DNA of 25,322 nucleotides from Octopus sinensis. Its lineage: Eukaryota. Below, one piece after another: positions 9,740-21,257 of this stretch. Below the pieces are notes generated by a model that did not search any database, was not told the DNA's origin, and saw only the letters and a program-made list of their open reading frames with translations. The DNA lies in NCBI RefSeq assembly GCF_006345805.1, contig NW_021836087.1:1-25322 (forward strand), written 5' to 3'. Within the stretch, counting starts at the first letter, position 1, and every line of letters begins with the position of its first letter. Both the position numbers and the translations under genes were made by a program.

Positions 9740-10805
9740 TTTTTTAATATATTTTATATTGTGTCTGTCGACCGGTTTCGCTTTTGCAAATCATGACAGT
9801 GAAATTATTGTAATTTCGTATTTTCTTAAGAAGATTTTAGTCCATGTTATGTGTGGAGAAGTTTATGAATGAATGATTCATCAAATAGAAAAATAGAAAA
9901 AGGGACTTGTCTGTATTGTGGGAACTGGATTTGTTCCTTATGTAGTATGGTTCTCCGTCTCAGTATCATAATTGTCTGTCCTCTGTAGTTATGTCCACAT
10001 CCTGAGAAAGTTATAAACTAGACTCTCGGGAGCACAAGTGAAATTGGTTTGAATTGTGAACCTCTCTCCTTGTTTGAATAGGAATTCCGAACCTTCCAGT
10101 AGATTGGGGCATGTTCTATAGTTTGGGTATCCACAGTTTTAAGCAGTTGGTTTCGTGGTTGGTGTGTAAAGCTTCGCATTTATTAAGTCTTTTTAGCGAT
10201 TTGTGTTGCTTTTTGCATTTGATGAATCTGTTTTCAGAATGTTGTTCATTTTGGGATCTCTAGGTGAGCACAGGTAGATTTTTTACAAAAGTTCTGTATG
10301 CCACATTGTTTCTAGGGTTGTGAGTTGCTGTGTATACAGCAGTGTTTTGAGATGAGGTGTGGTGTTACGCTTCTTTGCCCTTAGTGTTTTAATGTCTAAT
10401 TTCTTAGCACGCTTAATTCCATCGTCTATAGGTGAGGGTGGATATTGTCTTTTAGTTAGTATTGTTCTGAGGTTTTGAAGACGAAGGTCCCGAGTATTTC
10501 TATCAGACATTACTGTGCAAATCCTTTTTGCTAAATTAAAGGAGATATTTCTTTTGATGTGTTTCGGATGACATGAGCTAAATAGGAAATATTGCTTCGT
10601 ATCTGTTGCTTTATGATAAATGTCAGTTATAATTTGGTTGTTGGCTTTTTTATCATATCTAAGAAAGGGAGCTGTTCTTTGGTATATTCCATTGTAAATT
10701 GAATGTTAGGGTTCATATTTCTCCAAAAATCCTATATACTCGGAATCTACATAGTCCGAGGTATATTTGTAAGCAATTTCATTAAGAAATATTCATTTTC
10801 CTGAA
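9740..10805 (-). mobile_element. Penelope-like retroelement, 5'-truncated (RT C-terminus, GIY-YIG endonuclease, 3' pLTR), pseudogenised
   Basis: Minus strand with frameshifts: MNPNIQFTMEYTKEQLPFLD..ITDIYHKATDTKQYFLFSSCHPKHIKRNISFNLAKRICTV..LTKRQYP..; then GCGHNYRGQT..LRRRTILHKEQI..QYRQ (GIY-YIG). Confidence 0.9.
9765..9799 (-). ncRNA. Hammerhead remnant at the Penelope 3' end (CUG of the core missing)
   Basis: CUGUC-AUGA-UUUGCAAAAGC-GAAAC-CG-GUC-GACAG: 5-bp stem I, palindromic ACCGGU stem III, GUC cleavage triplet. Confidence 0.55.
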
Positions 10806-10809
10806 AGTT

Positions 10810-12310
10810 AAGACGAATTGAAGTGGGGCAAAATTGGTAACTGGGTCATAATGAATAATTTCTTATTTCTTGTTATTTTCTATCATTTTGTACCATTGCA
10901 TCATCTTTGGGAGTAAAAATTGGCCAGTATAGTTTACATAGTTGTTGTTGAAGTTGAAAGTTTGAAACATAGGTGACAGGTACTATTTTCAAGAAAATTT
11001 CCCTCAAATTTGACCATATTTGTAATTGAGGTAACTAATAAAATATCTGGATAATTTTTAGTGAAGAAAATATAAAAAATATTTTATGTTGAATTTTTAG
11101 ATTTAGTTGATTTTCATTGATTTAATATTATGTGCGAATTTTCTTTAATCCACTTTCATTTGACCAAGATATTTGAATTTTGATGCATTTCTGGGATCTA
11201 GTCTTTTTCATTCGCAAAATGAGCCCCCTTTAATTTTGTTCAAATTGCTTTCAATGTTGGTGCGTCGATGCAACTCTGAATTTTAATTACGATCAACCAA
11301 TTTCATTATCTTGTAAATTAAATAATCTGATGTTATTTGGAATTAAAATTGGGAAATTTGGGTAATTTTAGCCAATCAACACACAAATTGTCATTAGCAG
11401 CTTGTTACCATGACAACCACAGTTGTCTGTGCCACACGCTGTTCTATGTTAATTTTTCACACTTGATTCTTCGCACCACAAGATTCTTTTCACCCGCGTG
11501 TTTTGTTTTAATTTTTCTGTGTGTTAGTATATTATATATTTTCGGTGCTTTTGGGACAAATTCTTTGTTGACCAGTTTCATTCTTATCGTAGTTTACAAA
11601 TCCAAGCATGAAAACGTTACTCAACTTTGGAGTTATGGAGACAGACGTCCCCCTTCACACATACGCACGCACATGAATACATAAATGTCCATATAAACTT
11701 ATATATGGATGCATACATCCACATTCACTTATATATTAATGAGGTACAGAAATACATGACAAGTATACATAATACTGAAATACGCATAAAGTAAACACTT
11801 GCAGACAAATATATTAATATAACAAATTTTAAACGATAGTAATAACATACAATGAATGAAGAAACAAAAGAAACAGTAAAATGATACATGTTGATTTTAT
11901 TAGGTATTTCTGTTTTATTTATGAACCTACAATAAACAAGTTATGTCACAGACACTAAACTATAAATTTCACAGGGTACAACCTTAAAGTTTCACCACTC
12001 CGCTAAACGCAGAAAATTTTTTTTTTCCAATTTTTAAACCTCTGTAACATTTTCCTCCAATTTTTCACTCCACAACATCATACTTTCATAGCAGTGAGCC
12101 TGGAAGACTACATTATTATAGCCGATTTTCAGACTTTTAAAAATGCATATTTTACGAATGAAAAAAAAAACAGATCCCATTTCTGATTTTTCTGATGTCT
12201 AAGGATGGATGTTTATGTGTATGACTCTTTTCAAATTTAGTTCTGGAGAACTGGAAGGGCGTATTCACTTTGTCTTGTCTTACCCATTTTGCCCCGCCTA
12301 AATTTGTCTT
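10810..12310. mobile_element. Probable non-autonomous DNA transposon of about 1.5 kb, superfamily unassigned
   Basis: 31-bp inverted pair AAGACGAATTGAAGTGGGGCAAAATTGGTAA (10810-10840) versus TTACCCATTTTGCCCCGCCTAAATTTGTCTT (12280-12310), 5 mismatches. The left end truncates the Penelope element. No clear TSD or transposase seen. Confidence 0.5.
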
Positions 12311-12675
12311 TTATATGCTCAAAGAGAACAGTGATAATTTTCTGGAATAGGTTTCTGAATATGTTATAGGTTTTACTGCGTTTAGAGAAAGTCTTTACTT
12401 CACTGACATAGTTTTGGCAATAGGTGGTGAACCTTTGTGAAAAACACATTTTCTTCAAAATCAAAAATGCAATAAATATTATTTTGATAGTGCCCCACCC
12501 TACTGGAAACTGGAAAAGCAGGCTTTCGGAAAGAGCTGTTTGTATTTCCCCGCTTTTGTCGAGGTTTCCCTTGCTTTTTATTTTTTTATTTTTTCCCGCA
12601 TTGCAAAACAATGAAAGGAAGCCGTTTTAAAAGAATTTTTTAAATCCGTGTCTTTTAAATGTTAGTATCTCAACC

Positions 12676-12768
<93 letters not shown>

Positions 12769-13149
12769 ACGCACGCATTCATCACGGCTTTGGAACAGCA
12801 ACAGCCACAATTTTTTTTTTCTTTTTTGTAAATTTCTCTCCTTTTATCTTATTCTACATTCGGAAACATGTAACTCACATTAAAAAAAAACATCTTACCC
12901 TACTCTTTCCTCCTTCGTTGTACTTTTTACAATGAAAGAAAAGTCAAACACCGCAAGTGGATCTGTGAAAAACGAAACTTGAATTTTGAAAAGGCGTATC
13001 TATAAAGCGACATTTTCAGTCATTTATTTAAACTTTCTCTGTTAAGTCACCAAATTTCAATATTTTGATATTTAAATTTGGTAGTTTTCTAAGATTTTAA
13101 TTTTTGTGTATACGGAGCTCACCGAACTTGAAGTGCCCCAGGTCCCCCC

Positions 13150-13169
13150 ATGGTTTAAATCTGGCCCTG
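13150..13169. mobile_element. Single terminus resembling CAGGGCCGGATTTA hAT-type TIRs
   Basis: TTTAAATCTGGCCCTG; no partner TIR found in the window. Confidence 0.3.
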
Positions 13170-13428
13170 CATGTATATATATATATATATATATATATAG
13201 TTGAAACACTCCTGTCACAACCTGGGACCTTAAAAACTGCTTTAATGCAATAAATTATACTAGTCCCTTAATATTTGATATTCAATATTTCATTTATTCA
13301 ATAAGACAATCAATACTTCATTTCATTTTACTATATATACTATTTATACTGTATATTCTTTATTCTACATTAATATTATAAAGAATATAAATAAAACATA
13401 AAAAACAGACAGAGTTGTAATTCCTTTG

Positions 13429-13496
<68 letters not shown>

Positions 13497-14359
13497 GCTA
13501 TAGCCTATCTTGTTATAGAGGCCATCAAAAATATGTGTTTCTTCATACAGATACAGAAGGGGAAAAAAAAAGAAAGAGAGAGAGAGAACACAGAAAAGCA
13601 CACACACCCTCACACACTCACTCATAGAATTACGTACACTTAATTTCTTCACAAGTTGATTTCATCGACAGCCAAACTCAGCAAAGCACTTTTGTAAAAA
13701 TCATCGTAATATTTTTTTTAAGGGTAGAGTATATACATCGCCAAACATTATATAAACCTGGAAATTGGTAGAATAAATAAATAGGTCACATTTCATTTAG
13801 AAAAGGAAAAGAATTTCAACGATGAAAAAAAAATATTATCAATATCAAAGTTATTCAATATAGAAATGAAAACATATCAAAGATACTTTTAAAAATAGAA
13901 CAGCCCACTCCACAAATACAGATAGAAGATAAAATCTATTTTTCGAAATTGTCAGAAGGAAGAAACGCTTTAAAGGACAAACCGTCTATAATTCCTCTTC
14001 AATAATTTAGTATCTCGTGAGTTTCATTTTCCTTGGTGATGTGTGAGAATTCTCGTTACGCTGCTTTGTATGTCTTTCTGCAATGTAGGTTTTCTACAGA
14101 AAGGGTTTATTTCTTCGTTTCTCGATTATTATTTTTTTTTTTTTCCTAAGACATTTTTTAAAAAATAAAGTTCCAGATTGTTACGATGCAATCATTTATC
14201 TTTGAAAAAAATTTTTTTTTTCATTGTTAATGAAATATATTTATTGTGAAAATGAAAAAGTTTTAAATAATGTTTAGCGATGTATATACTCTGCGGATAA
14301 AAAGTATGAAGCTGAAATTAATACCAAACTATATATATATTGGCTCGCGGAATTTCTAG

Positions 14360-14809
14360 GCGATGAAACTGTGGCTGAAGAAATTAAGGCGATTGTTAAG
14401 TTAAGTTAAGTTAATTTTTTGGCTCAAAAAGCAAAAAGCAAGGCCATGTAGGGGGACATGGAGTTATGTACAGGGTGGTGTTCATGCAAAGAGTTCAGGC
14501 CATTTGTAGTCAAGGGAGACTTTGAACCGAGCGGTCGTCAACATTTTCACTATCTCGTCCGGCAGCTTATTCCACGGATCCGCAACACGGGCGGAGAAAG
14601 CCCCTCTCCTTCGATTGATATTAGACGATGGAATTACTAGCGATCAAATTAAGAGCGATGATGTTTCAGGCGACATTACAGGAGATAAAACTACAGACGA
14701 TGATATAACAGACGTTGAAACTATAGGCGATCAAATTACAAGCGATGAAATCATAGCCATGGAATTGCAGGCGATGATATTACAGGTGATCAAAAATACA
14801 GGCGATGTA
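14360..14809 (+). repeat. Degenerate 15-bp minisatellite (consensus about GGCGATGAAATTACA), interrupted by two retroelements
   Basis: Periodic GCGAT/ACGAT motifs at 14360-14394 and 14617-14809, resuming at 15254-15280. Confidence 0.75.
14395..14616 (-). mobile_element. CR1-type LINE 3' fragment
   Basis: Minus strand NRRRGAFSARVADPWNKLPDEIVKMLTTARFKVSLDYKWPELFA*, matching the ORF2 C-terminal FFSxRVxxxWNxLP..FKxxLD pattern, then a short 3' UTR and a (TTAAC)n tail. Confidence 0.85.
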
Positions 14810-15253
14810 CTGTTGTTGGCATCCTTTTGTCTCGGGAGACAACGAAGTTGTGCATAAACTAATCCAGTCAGGTTTTTACATTTCGTGTCCTCTCCAGTTT
14901 CCTCTCCAGTTTCCTCTCCAGTTTTGCGCAGGCCTGGGCTAGATGTAAGAAAATCCTGGGTAGCCCAATCGTCAGGATTCCTCTCTCGACCTTGCTGACG
15001 TAGTCCAAAGGAGAGCAGAGCATTACGTTTGGCACCAGTTTGGTTGCAGGAGCTGCCAGAAGAGTGTCGAGTTGAACACTAAACCGCCTACGAGGCTCCA
15101 CTCCGGATTCCTTTGAAGGTTGTCTCCTTTCCGTAACCCTGGATAGGGGCCCATACCGGGTACGGTCAGCCGGAGCCAGCTGAGCCCGGGACTCGTGTCA
15201 GGCAGGGTCGTCACTCCCTGAAGTAGTGAAGAAAATCGCTACCCACTACCTAT
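14810..15253 (-). mobile_element. Bipartite non-autonomous RTE-derived element, 444 bp (5' region joined to 3' stem-loop and tail)
   Basis: The 3' end GTCTC-CC-GAGAC hairpin plus GGATGCCAACAACA tail is RTE-like. The internal GCAGCTCCTGCAACCAAACTGGTGCCAAACGTAATGCTCTGCTCTCCTTTGGAC resembles RTE/BovB 5' regions from memory. AGGCGATGTA on both sides (14800-14809, 15254-15263). No EN/RT coding. Confidence 0.7.
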
Positions 15254-15884
15254 AGGCGATGTATTAGCTGCGATATAATTATGACGTATTTCCAGTCAAC
15301 CTGTTCGACCTTGCATGAGTATCAATCAAATTTCCCTGAAATCAAGCCTGACTATCTTAAAAAACTGGGGATAGTGTAGTCCAGGAGATTTATTGAACGT
15401 GCATGAAAGCAACAATGCTCGCCGCCGAAACAAATAATATAATATATGCTGAATCAGAGCATATTCTCTAACTATCTCCCTTGTCCTAACCCATTATGAC
15501 GTTCTCCAAAGCTTTATAATATCTGCCGTTTATATCGTTGCTCTCTGCCAGTAACTCTAGCAACCATTGAAAATGATAACGTACACGACGTTCGTGTAAA
15601 GTGATTTATGCTTATATTGTCTCAGCATTGTTCAGCATAGCAGGATATGAAACTTCACGATGTATTATAACAAACGAACTATATCATTGAATATTTCTGT
15701 CAAACACAAGTGTTGGGTACTCCGATTTTGTCCAAACATGCATACGTGTCTTTACTTGTGTGCTTCGTTATGTGTATGTACAAGCACGTATGTGTATAAG
15801 TATGCATGTGTGTATGTGCATATACAGACATAGACATACATATATGCATCTGAATGTGTGGGGCTTGCATGGATGTATATACAC

Positions 15885-16164
15885 ACTGGCATTCCGTCGG
15901 CTGCGACGACGAGCGTTCCAGTTTATCTGGTCAACGGAACACTCCACAGACACATGTAAACCTGAACGTAGCCCTCAGGGATATTCAGTGAGACATGGCT
16001 GGCCCTGGTAAATTACAGGTACTACTCATTTTTGCCAGCTGAGTGGACTGAAGCAACACAAAATAAAGTGTCTTGCTCAAGGGCACAACGCGCTACCGGG
16101 AATTGAACTCATGACCTTACGATCGTGAACGCAATACCCTAACCACTAAGCCAGGTGCCTTCAC
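15885..16164 (-). mobile_element. tRNA-derived SINE (type C here; CORE-like centre, RTE-like stem-loop tail)
   Basis: Minus strand GTGAAGGCACCTGGCTTAGTGG (A box), GAGTTCAATTCC (B box), CCCTTGAGCAAGACACTT..GTCCACTCAGCTGGCAAAAATGAGT, tail AACTGGAACGCTCGTCGTCGCAGCCGACGGAATGCCA. Confidence 0.88.
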
Positions 16165-16292
16165 GCATGTATATGAACACGCATATATAAATGTCTGGAG
16201 AGAAAGAGAGGGGGAGAGGGAGATAGAGAAAGAAAGAGAGGGGTTGATGTAGATGTGGTTATAAATATATACTTATGCATGTACGTACAAAC

Positions 16293-16323
<31 letters not shown>

Positions 16324-16752
16324 AGTGTGTGTCTGCGTGAGTGTGTGTGTATGTGTGTGCGTGTGTGTGTGTGCATGTGTGTGTGTGTGCGTGCCTACAT
16401 ATAGATACATAGATACTGACATACATAGAGGTAGATTTCAGGTGGGGGGGTGGATGAATGGATAACGAGAAAAATGGAGAATGAGAATATGAAGGAGAGA
16501 CAGGGAGAAGGTGAGGAGGTTGAGGAGGAGGAGGAGGAGGAAGAGGAGGAATTGGGGGAGGGGAGGAGGTGGGGGAGGGGAGGAGGAGGAACTACGTTCT
16601 AGTGTACATAATAAAATGGTGCAAATGATTAAAATAAGAAAATCGGGGTAGATAAAGGGTGGGGGTAGGTAAGGAATGAAGTAGATGCGGGTGGATTTGT
16701 ATATAATTGCGAAAATAAACAAATGGACGAGATGAGGGTGGAGACATTTGGT

Positions 16753-16785
<33 letters not shown>

Positions 16786-16954
16786 CACACATACACACAC
16801 ACACATGCAATCACGCAAATACTTATGAAGACATACATGCATACAGACCAACACATAGTCACATATACGCATGCCACCCGCCACACACACATATATTATA
16901 TATTATATATACATATATATATATATATATAGTATGCACACACACACACAATCA

Positions 16955-17106
16955 CGTGACTGGTAAGTAGCTTGCTTACCAATCACATAGTTCTGGGTTC
17001 AATCCTACTGCGTCGTACCTTGGGCAACTGCCTTCTACTACAGCTTCAGATCGACCAAAGTTTTGAGAATCTAATTGGTAGGCAGAAACTGAAAGAAGCC
17101 CGTCGT
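16955..17106 (+). mobile_element. Type A SINE 5' half
   Basis: TGGTAAGTAGCTTGCTTACC..GGGTTCAATCCTACTGCG..GGCAGAAACTGAAAGAAGCCCGTCGT. Confidence 0.88.
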
Positions 17107-17127
17107 GTATATATATATACGACGGGC

Positions 17128-17172
17128 TTGATCAACTGGAACCCTTGTCGTCGTAACCGACGGAGTGCCACG
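17128..17172 (+). mobile_element. Type C (RTE-like) SINE tail directly after the type A head
   Basis: TTGATCAACTGGAACCCTTGTCGTCGTAACCGACGGAGTGCCA matches the tail of 15885-16164. Confidence 0.75.
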
Positions 17173-17186
17173 ACGATATATATATA

Positions 17187-17262
<76 letters not shown>

Positions 17263-17476
17263 ATATATATATAGTTTGTGTGTGTGTTTGTTAGCGTGTG
17301 TGTGTGTTTATGAATCTCTGTTAATGTATATGCATACGTCTATATATCTATCTGTGTATAGATGTTTTCATATATATTCACCTGTATGCATGTATGTATA
17401 AGCTTGTGTATATAATTGATCTCATATATGTTTGTGTGGATTGTATACTCTTACTCTTTTTACTGTTTCTTTTATA

Positions 17477-17511
17477 TGTTTCAGTCATTTGACTGCGGCC
17501 ATGCTGGAGCA
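17477..17511 (-). mobile_element. Type A SINE 3' tail fragment
   Basis: TGTTTCAGTCATTTGACTGCGGCCATGCTGGAGCA, same as 281-314. Confidence 0.8.
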
Positions 17512-17539
17512 TATATTTATATATATTCACATACATACA

Positions 17540-17619
<80 letters not shown>

Positions 17620-17720
17620 TTAGCCAATTGGAGGAGATGTCTTCTTGGGGCTAAAAATGACGGTAACATCGTCCTCTATGGAACCGCCACATTTAGTTGG
17701 CAAATATATTTTATGTATAT

Positions 17721-17881
17721 ACGACAGGCTTCTTTCAGTTTCCGTCTAAATTTACTCACTAGGCTTTGGTGGCCCAAGGCTATAGTAGAAGACACTTGCC
17801 CAAGGTGCCCGGCAGTGGGACTGAACCTGGCACCATGTGGTTGGTAAGCAAGCTTCTTACCACACAGCCACTTCTGCACCT
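17721..17881 (-). mobile_element. Type A SINE 5' half
   Basis: Closely matches 487-650. Confidence 0.9.
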
Positions 17882-17966
17882 ATGTAAATAGGTTCCAATC
17901 TCCATTTTCTTTTCTCCTCCCTTACATATATATACATACATACATATATATATATTATATATATAT

Positions 17967-18011
<45 letters not shown>

Positions 18012-18549
18012 TTTCGAGCATTTAACAACAATATATGCTTTCGATAAAACAGTTGTACCCGCAAAGCAAATTAAATCAAATTTGGGATTTTGTGGAGGGT
18101 CAAAATAGGTAACACAAACAGGACAGTGAAAACAAACAGGAAGAGCTGCTAAGCCTAAACGAGGTTGTGGTGACGAACGCGTAAATCAAGCTTGGACAGG
18201 AGACAAACGTCTTCCTTGTTCCATCTACAACGGAGACAAAGAAAGATTGCCGGTGGTCTCGTGGGAGCTACGTGAGCAAGGAAGCAGGAGTGAGGAAGAG
18301 AGAGTGACAGAGTAATAGGATAGAACAGTGGGAGCTACACACACATAAAACCACACACATGCACATATACATTTACGCATACATACACACTTAAATATAC
18401 AGAAGCACATCAGCATGCATAAACACACATGCACACACAACGAGGGCATATAGACACATAGGCACATAGATATATACAAATGCACACATACCCTTTTACA
18501 TGTGCATAAACAAACACACACTGACGAAACAGTTAAACATATGCATAGA

Positions 18550-19015
18550 CTTATATACAAATATATAAGCACATTCAAACACATACGCATATACAAATAT
18601 ATAAGCACATTCAAACACATACGCATATTACAAATATATAAGCACATTCAAACACATACGCATATACAATATATAAGCACATACAAACCATACGCATATA
18701 CAAATATATATAAGCACATTCAAACACATACGCATATACAAATATATAAGCACATTCAAACACATACGCATATACAAATATATAAGCACATTCAAACACA
18801 TACGCATATACAAATATATAAGCACATTCAAACACATACGCATATACAAATATATAAGCACATTCAAACACATACGCATATACAAATATATAAGCACATT
18901 CAAACACATACGCATATACAAATATATAAGCACATACAAACACATACGCATATACAAATATATAAGCACATTCAAACACATACGCATATACAAATATATA
19001 AGCACATACAAACAC
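18550..19015. repeat. 36-bp minisatellite, about 13 copies (CATATACAAATATATAAGCACATTCAAACACATACG)
   Basis: Direct reading; gives the QIYKHIQTHTHI repeat ORF. Confidence 0.95.
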
Positions 19016-19239
19016 AGTCATGAACACACATGCTTATAGATACGCACACACACGAACACTAAAACGCATGGAAAAACACACATAACCACGCACTAACAGA
19101 TACACATATATAACTACATACACACACACGTCCATAGACAAGCACACTTACACACGCACATGGATAATTAAAAACACACGAACATACATATACATACGCA
19201 CACACAAAGACAAATATATAAATACGTATATTGACACGT

Positions 19240-19890
19240 ACAGACATATGACCACACACATCACACAAAACATACATTCACACGCACCCTCACACACTCA
19301 CACACACTTACACACACACACATTCACGCAAACCCACACATTCACACACACTCGCATACTCACACATACTCACACACACACACTCACACACACACAACAC
19401 AAACGCACACACTCACACACACACAACACAAACGCACACACACAACACAAACGCACACACTCACACACACACAACACAAACGCACACACACACTCGCACA
19501 CTCGTACACACGCTCATACACACATGCATATACATTCACACACACACACACTCACACACTCACACACAAACTCACACACTCATACCCACACCCACACACA
19601 CGTTCGCATGCTCACACATACACTCACACACTCACACACACACAAACGCACACACACACACACACAATCGCACACTCACACATCGCTCATACACACATGC
19701 ATATACATTCACACACACACACACTCACACACTCACACACACACCCACACACACGTTCACAAGCTCACACATACACTCACACACTCACACACACAAACGC
19801 ACACACACACACACACACAATCGCACACTCGCACACACGCTCACACACACATGCATATATATATTCACACACACACACACACACACACTC
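19240..19890. repeat. Complex (CA)n/(CACT)n array with internal block duplications
   Basis: Direct reading. Confidence 0.85.
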
Positions 19891-20319
19891 ACTTAACCAC
19901 ATTCTTTATTTCCACATCCGCTTTCGGTATTTTTGCTTTTTGCTTTATCTATTTTAATATTTGTTGTTTATTTTTGTAATAAGACGTTTAATTAAAACAA
20001 AAAGTAAAACAAAAAATAAGAACAGACATAAAAATAAATAAATAATAAAAGAAACAAAAAAACCGTAAAAAAGTAAAACAAAAAACATAACATCATAAAT
20101 GGTAAATTGGCTGAAAGTGGATTTCTTGTCAATGAGTACTTTCGCTTCTATTGTATGTATGTATGTATGTATGTATGTATAAGCCAGCCCCAACTCAACT
20201 CGTCCTGTCGAAAGACCCTTGTCCTACGTCCCTGATTTTGTTTTGTTTTTTATCTTTACCGTTATTGTTTTTACGTTTTTGTATTCTTATTGGTGTCACG
20301 TATTCTGTATTTTTGTTCG

Positions 20320-20580
20320 TGTACTCCGTTCGTTTTCCGTCCTCGTGTTGTATACATTCGAAGCTTTCTTCCAAGGGATCTAATGCGCTTGGCTTAGATT
20401 TTCCTTTGGGGGCTGCCCAGATCGAAGCAATCTCAAGATTATATCAGCCGAAATTGCGAGATGATCTGTTTCTTGACTGATGACTGAGGGCTTCGGATGT
20501 CCCGTCCTGTGGTTCTTGTGTCGTCTCTTTGGTGTTTCATGTTCTTGTCCATGTCTGTATTTATTTTTTACTTTTACATA
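20320..20580 (+). repeat. Interspersed repeat, copy 1 of 3 (unclassified, possibly retroelement terminus)
   Basis: Homologous to 21597-21720 (same orientation) and 21812-22035 (inverted). Confidence 0.8.
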
Positions 20581-20648
20581 CATATATATATATATATTAT
20601 ATATATATATATATTATATATATAAATATATACATATCGTATACTATA

Positions 20649-20696
<48 letters not shown>

Positions 20697-20820
20697 TATA
20701 TATATATATATATACATACATACATACATACACGGATATATATATATGTATATAATATATAATCATACATACATATATATGTGTGCATATTATATATAAT
20801 TATATGTATGTATATATATA

Positions 20821-20858
<38 letters not shown>

Positions 20859-21118
20859 ATACATACATACGTGCATGCATATATGTATATGTATATATAT
20901 ATAATTATATGTATCTATATATACATACATATGTATATATATGTGTGTGCGTTTATATACAATATATAATATGTGTATATATATATATATATATATACTC
21001 AAAAAGCAATAAAGATTCAAGTTAATTTAAATGAATTTACTTGAATATGGTACCTAACTTAGATGCACCAAAACAAACTATACGGTTTTAACAATACAGT
21101 AATGTGGGGTGATTATAA

Positions 21119-21237
21119 GCGAGAAAGAAGCAACAAGAATGGATAGGTTTTTAGTACATCGTTTCATACAAGGACACATGTCCTTGTATGAAACGATTGT
21201 ACTAAAAACCTATCCATTCTTGTTGCTTCTTTCTCGC
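21119..21237. repeat. 119-bp near-perfect palindrome (58/59-nt arms)
   Basis: 21119-21176 versus 21179-21237, one indel, centre GGACA-CA-TGTCC. Confidence 0.95.
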
Positions 21238-21257
21238 GTATATATATATATATATAT

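Noticed and set aside
11960-12430. Partial inverted match (AAAGTTTCACCAC..CTAAACGCAG versus CTGCGTTTAG..GTGGTGAACCTTT)
   Set aside because: It needs a gap of about 35 nt and overlaps the better TIR pair; too weak.
18059-18330. Strong minus-strand polypyrimidine tract and acceptor (TTGTAG| at 18225)
   Set aside because: All frames stop before the good donor at 18058, and the 46-nt alternative (WNKEDVCLLSKLDLR) is unverifiable.
18550-19015. CRISPR-like array
   Set aside because: Contiguous tandem units without unique spacers, in eukaryotic DNA.
20430-20510. CTGATGA/CTGAAGA motifs in the three-copy repeat as a hammerhead
   Set aside because: No GAAA follows a valid stem II. The GAAATTGC and TCAAGA/TCTTGA pairings occur in an order that does not give a standard fold.
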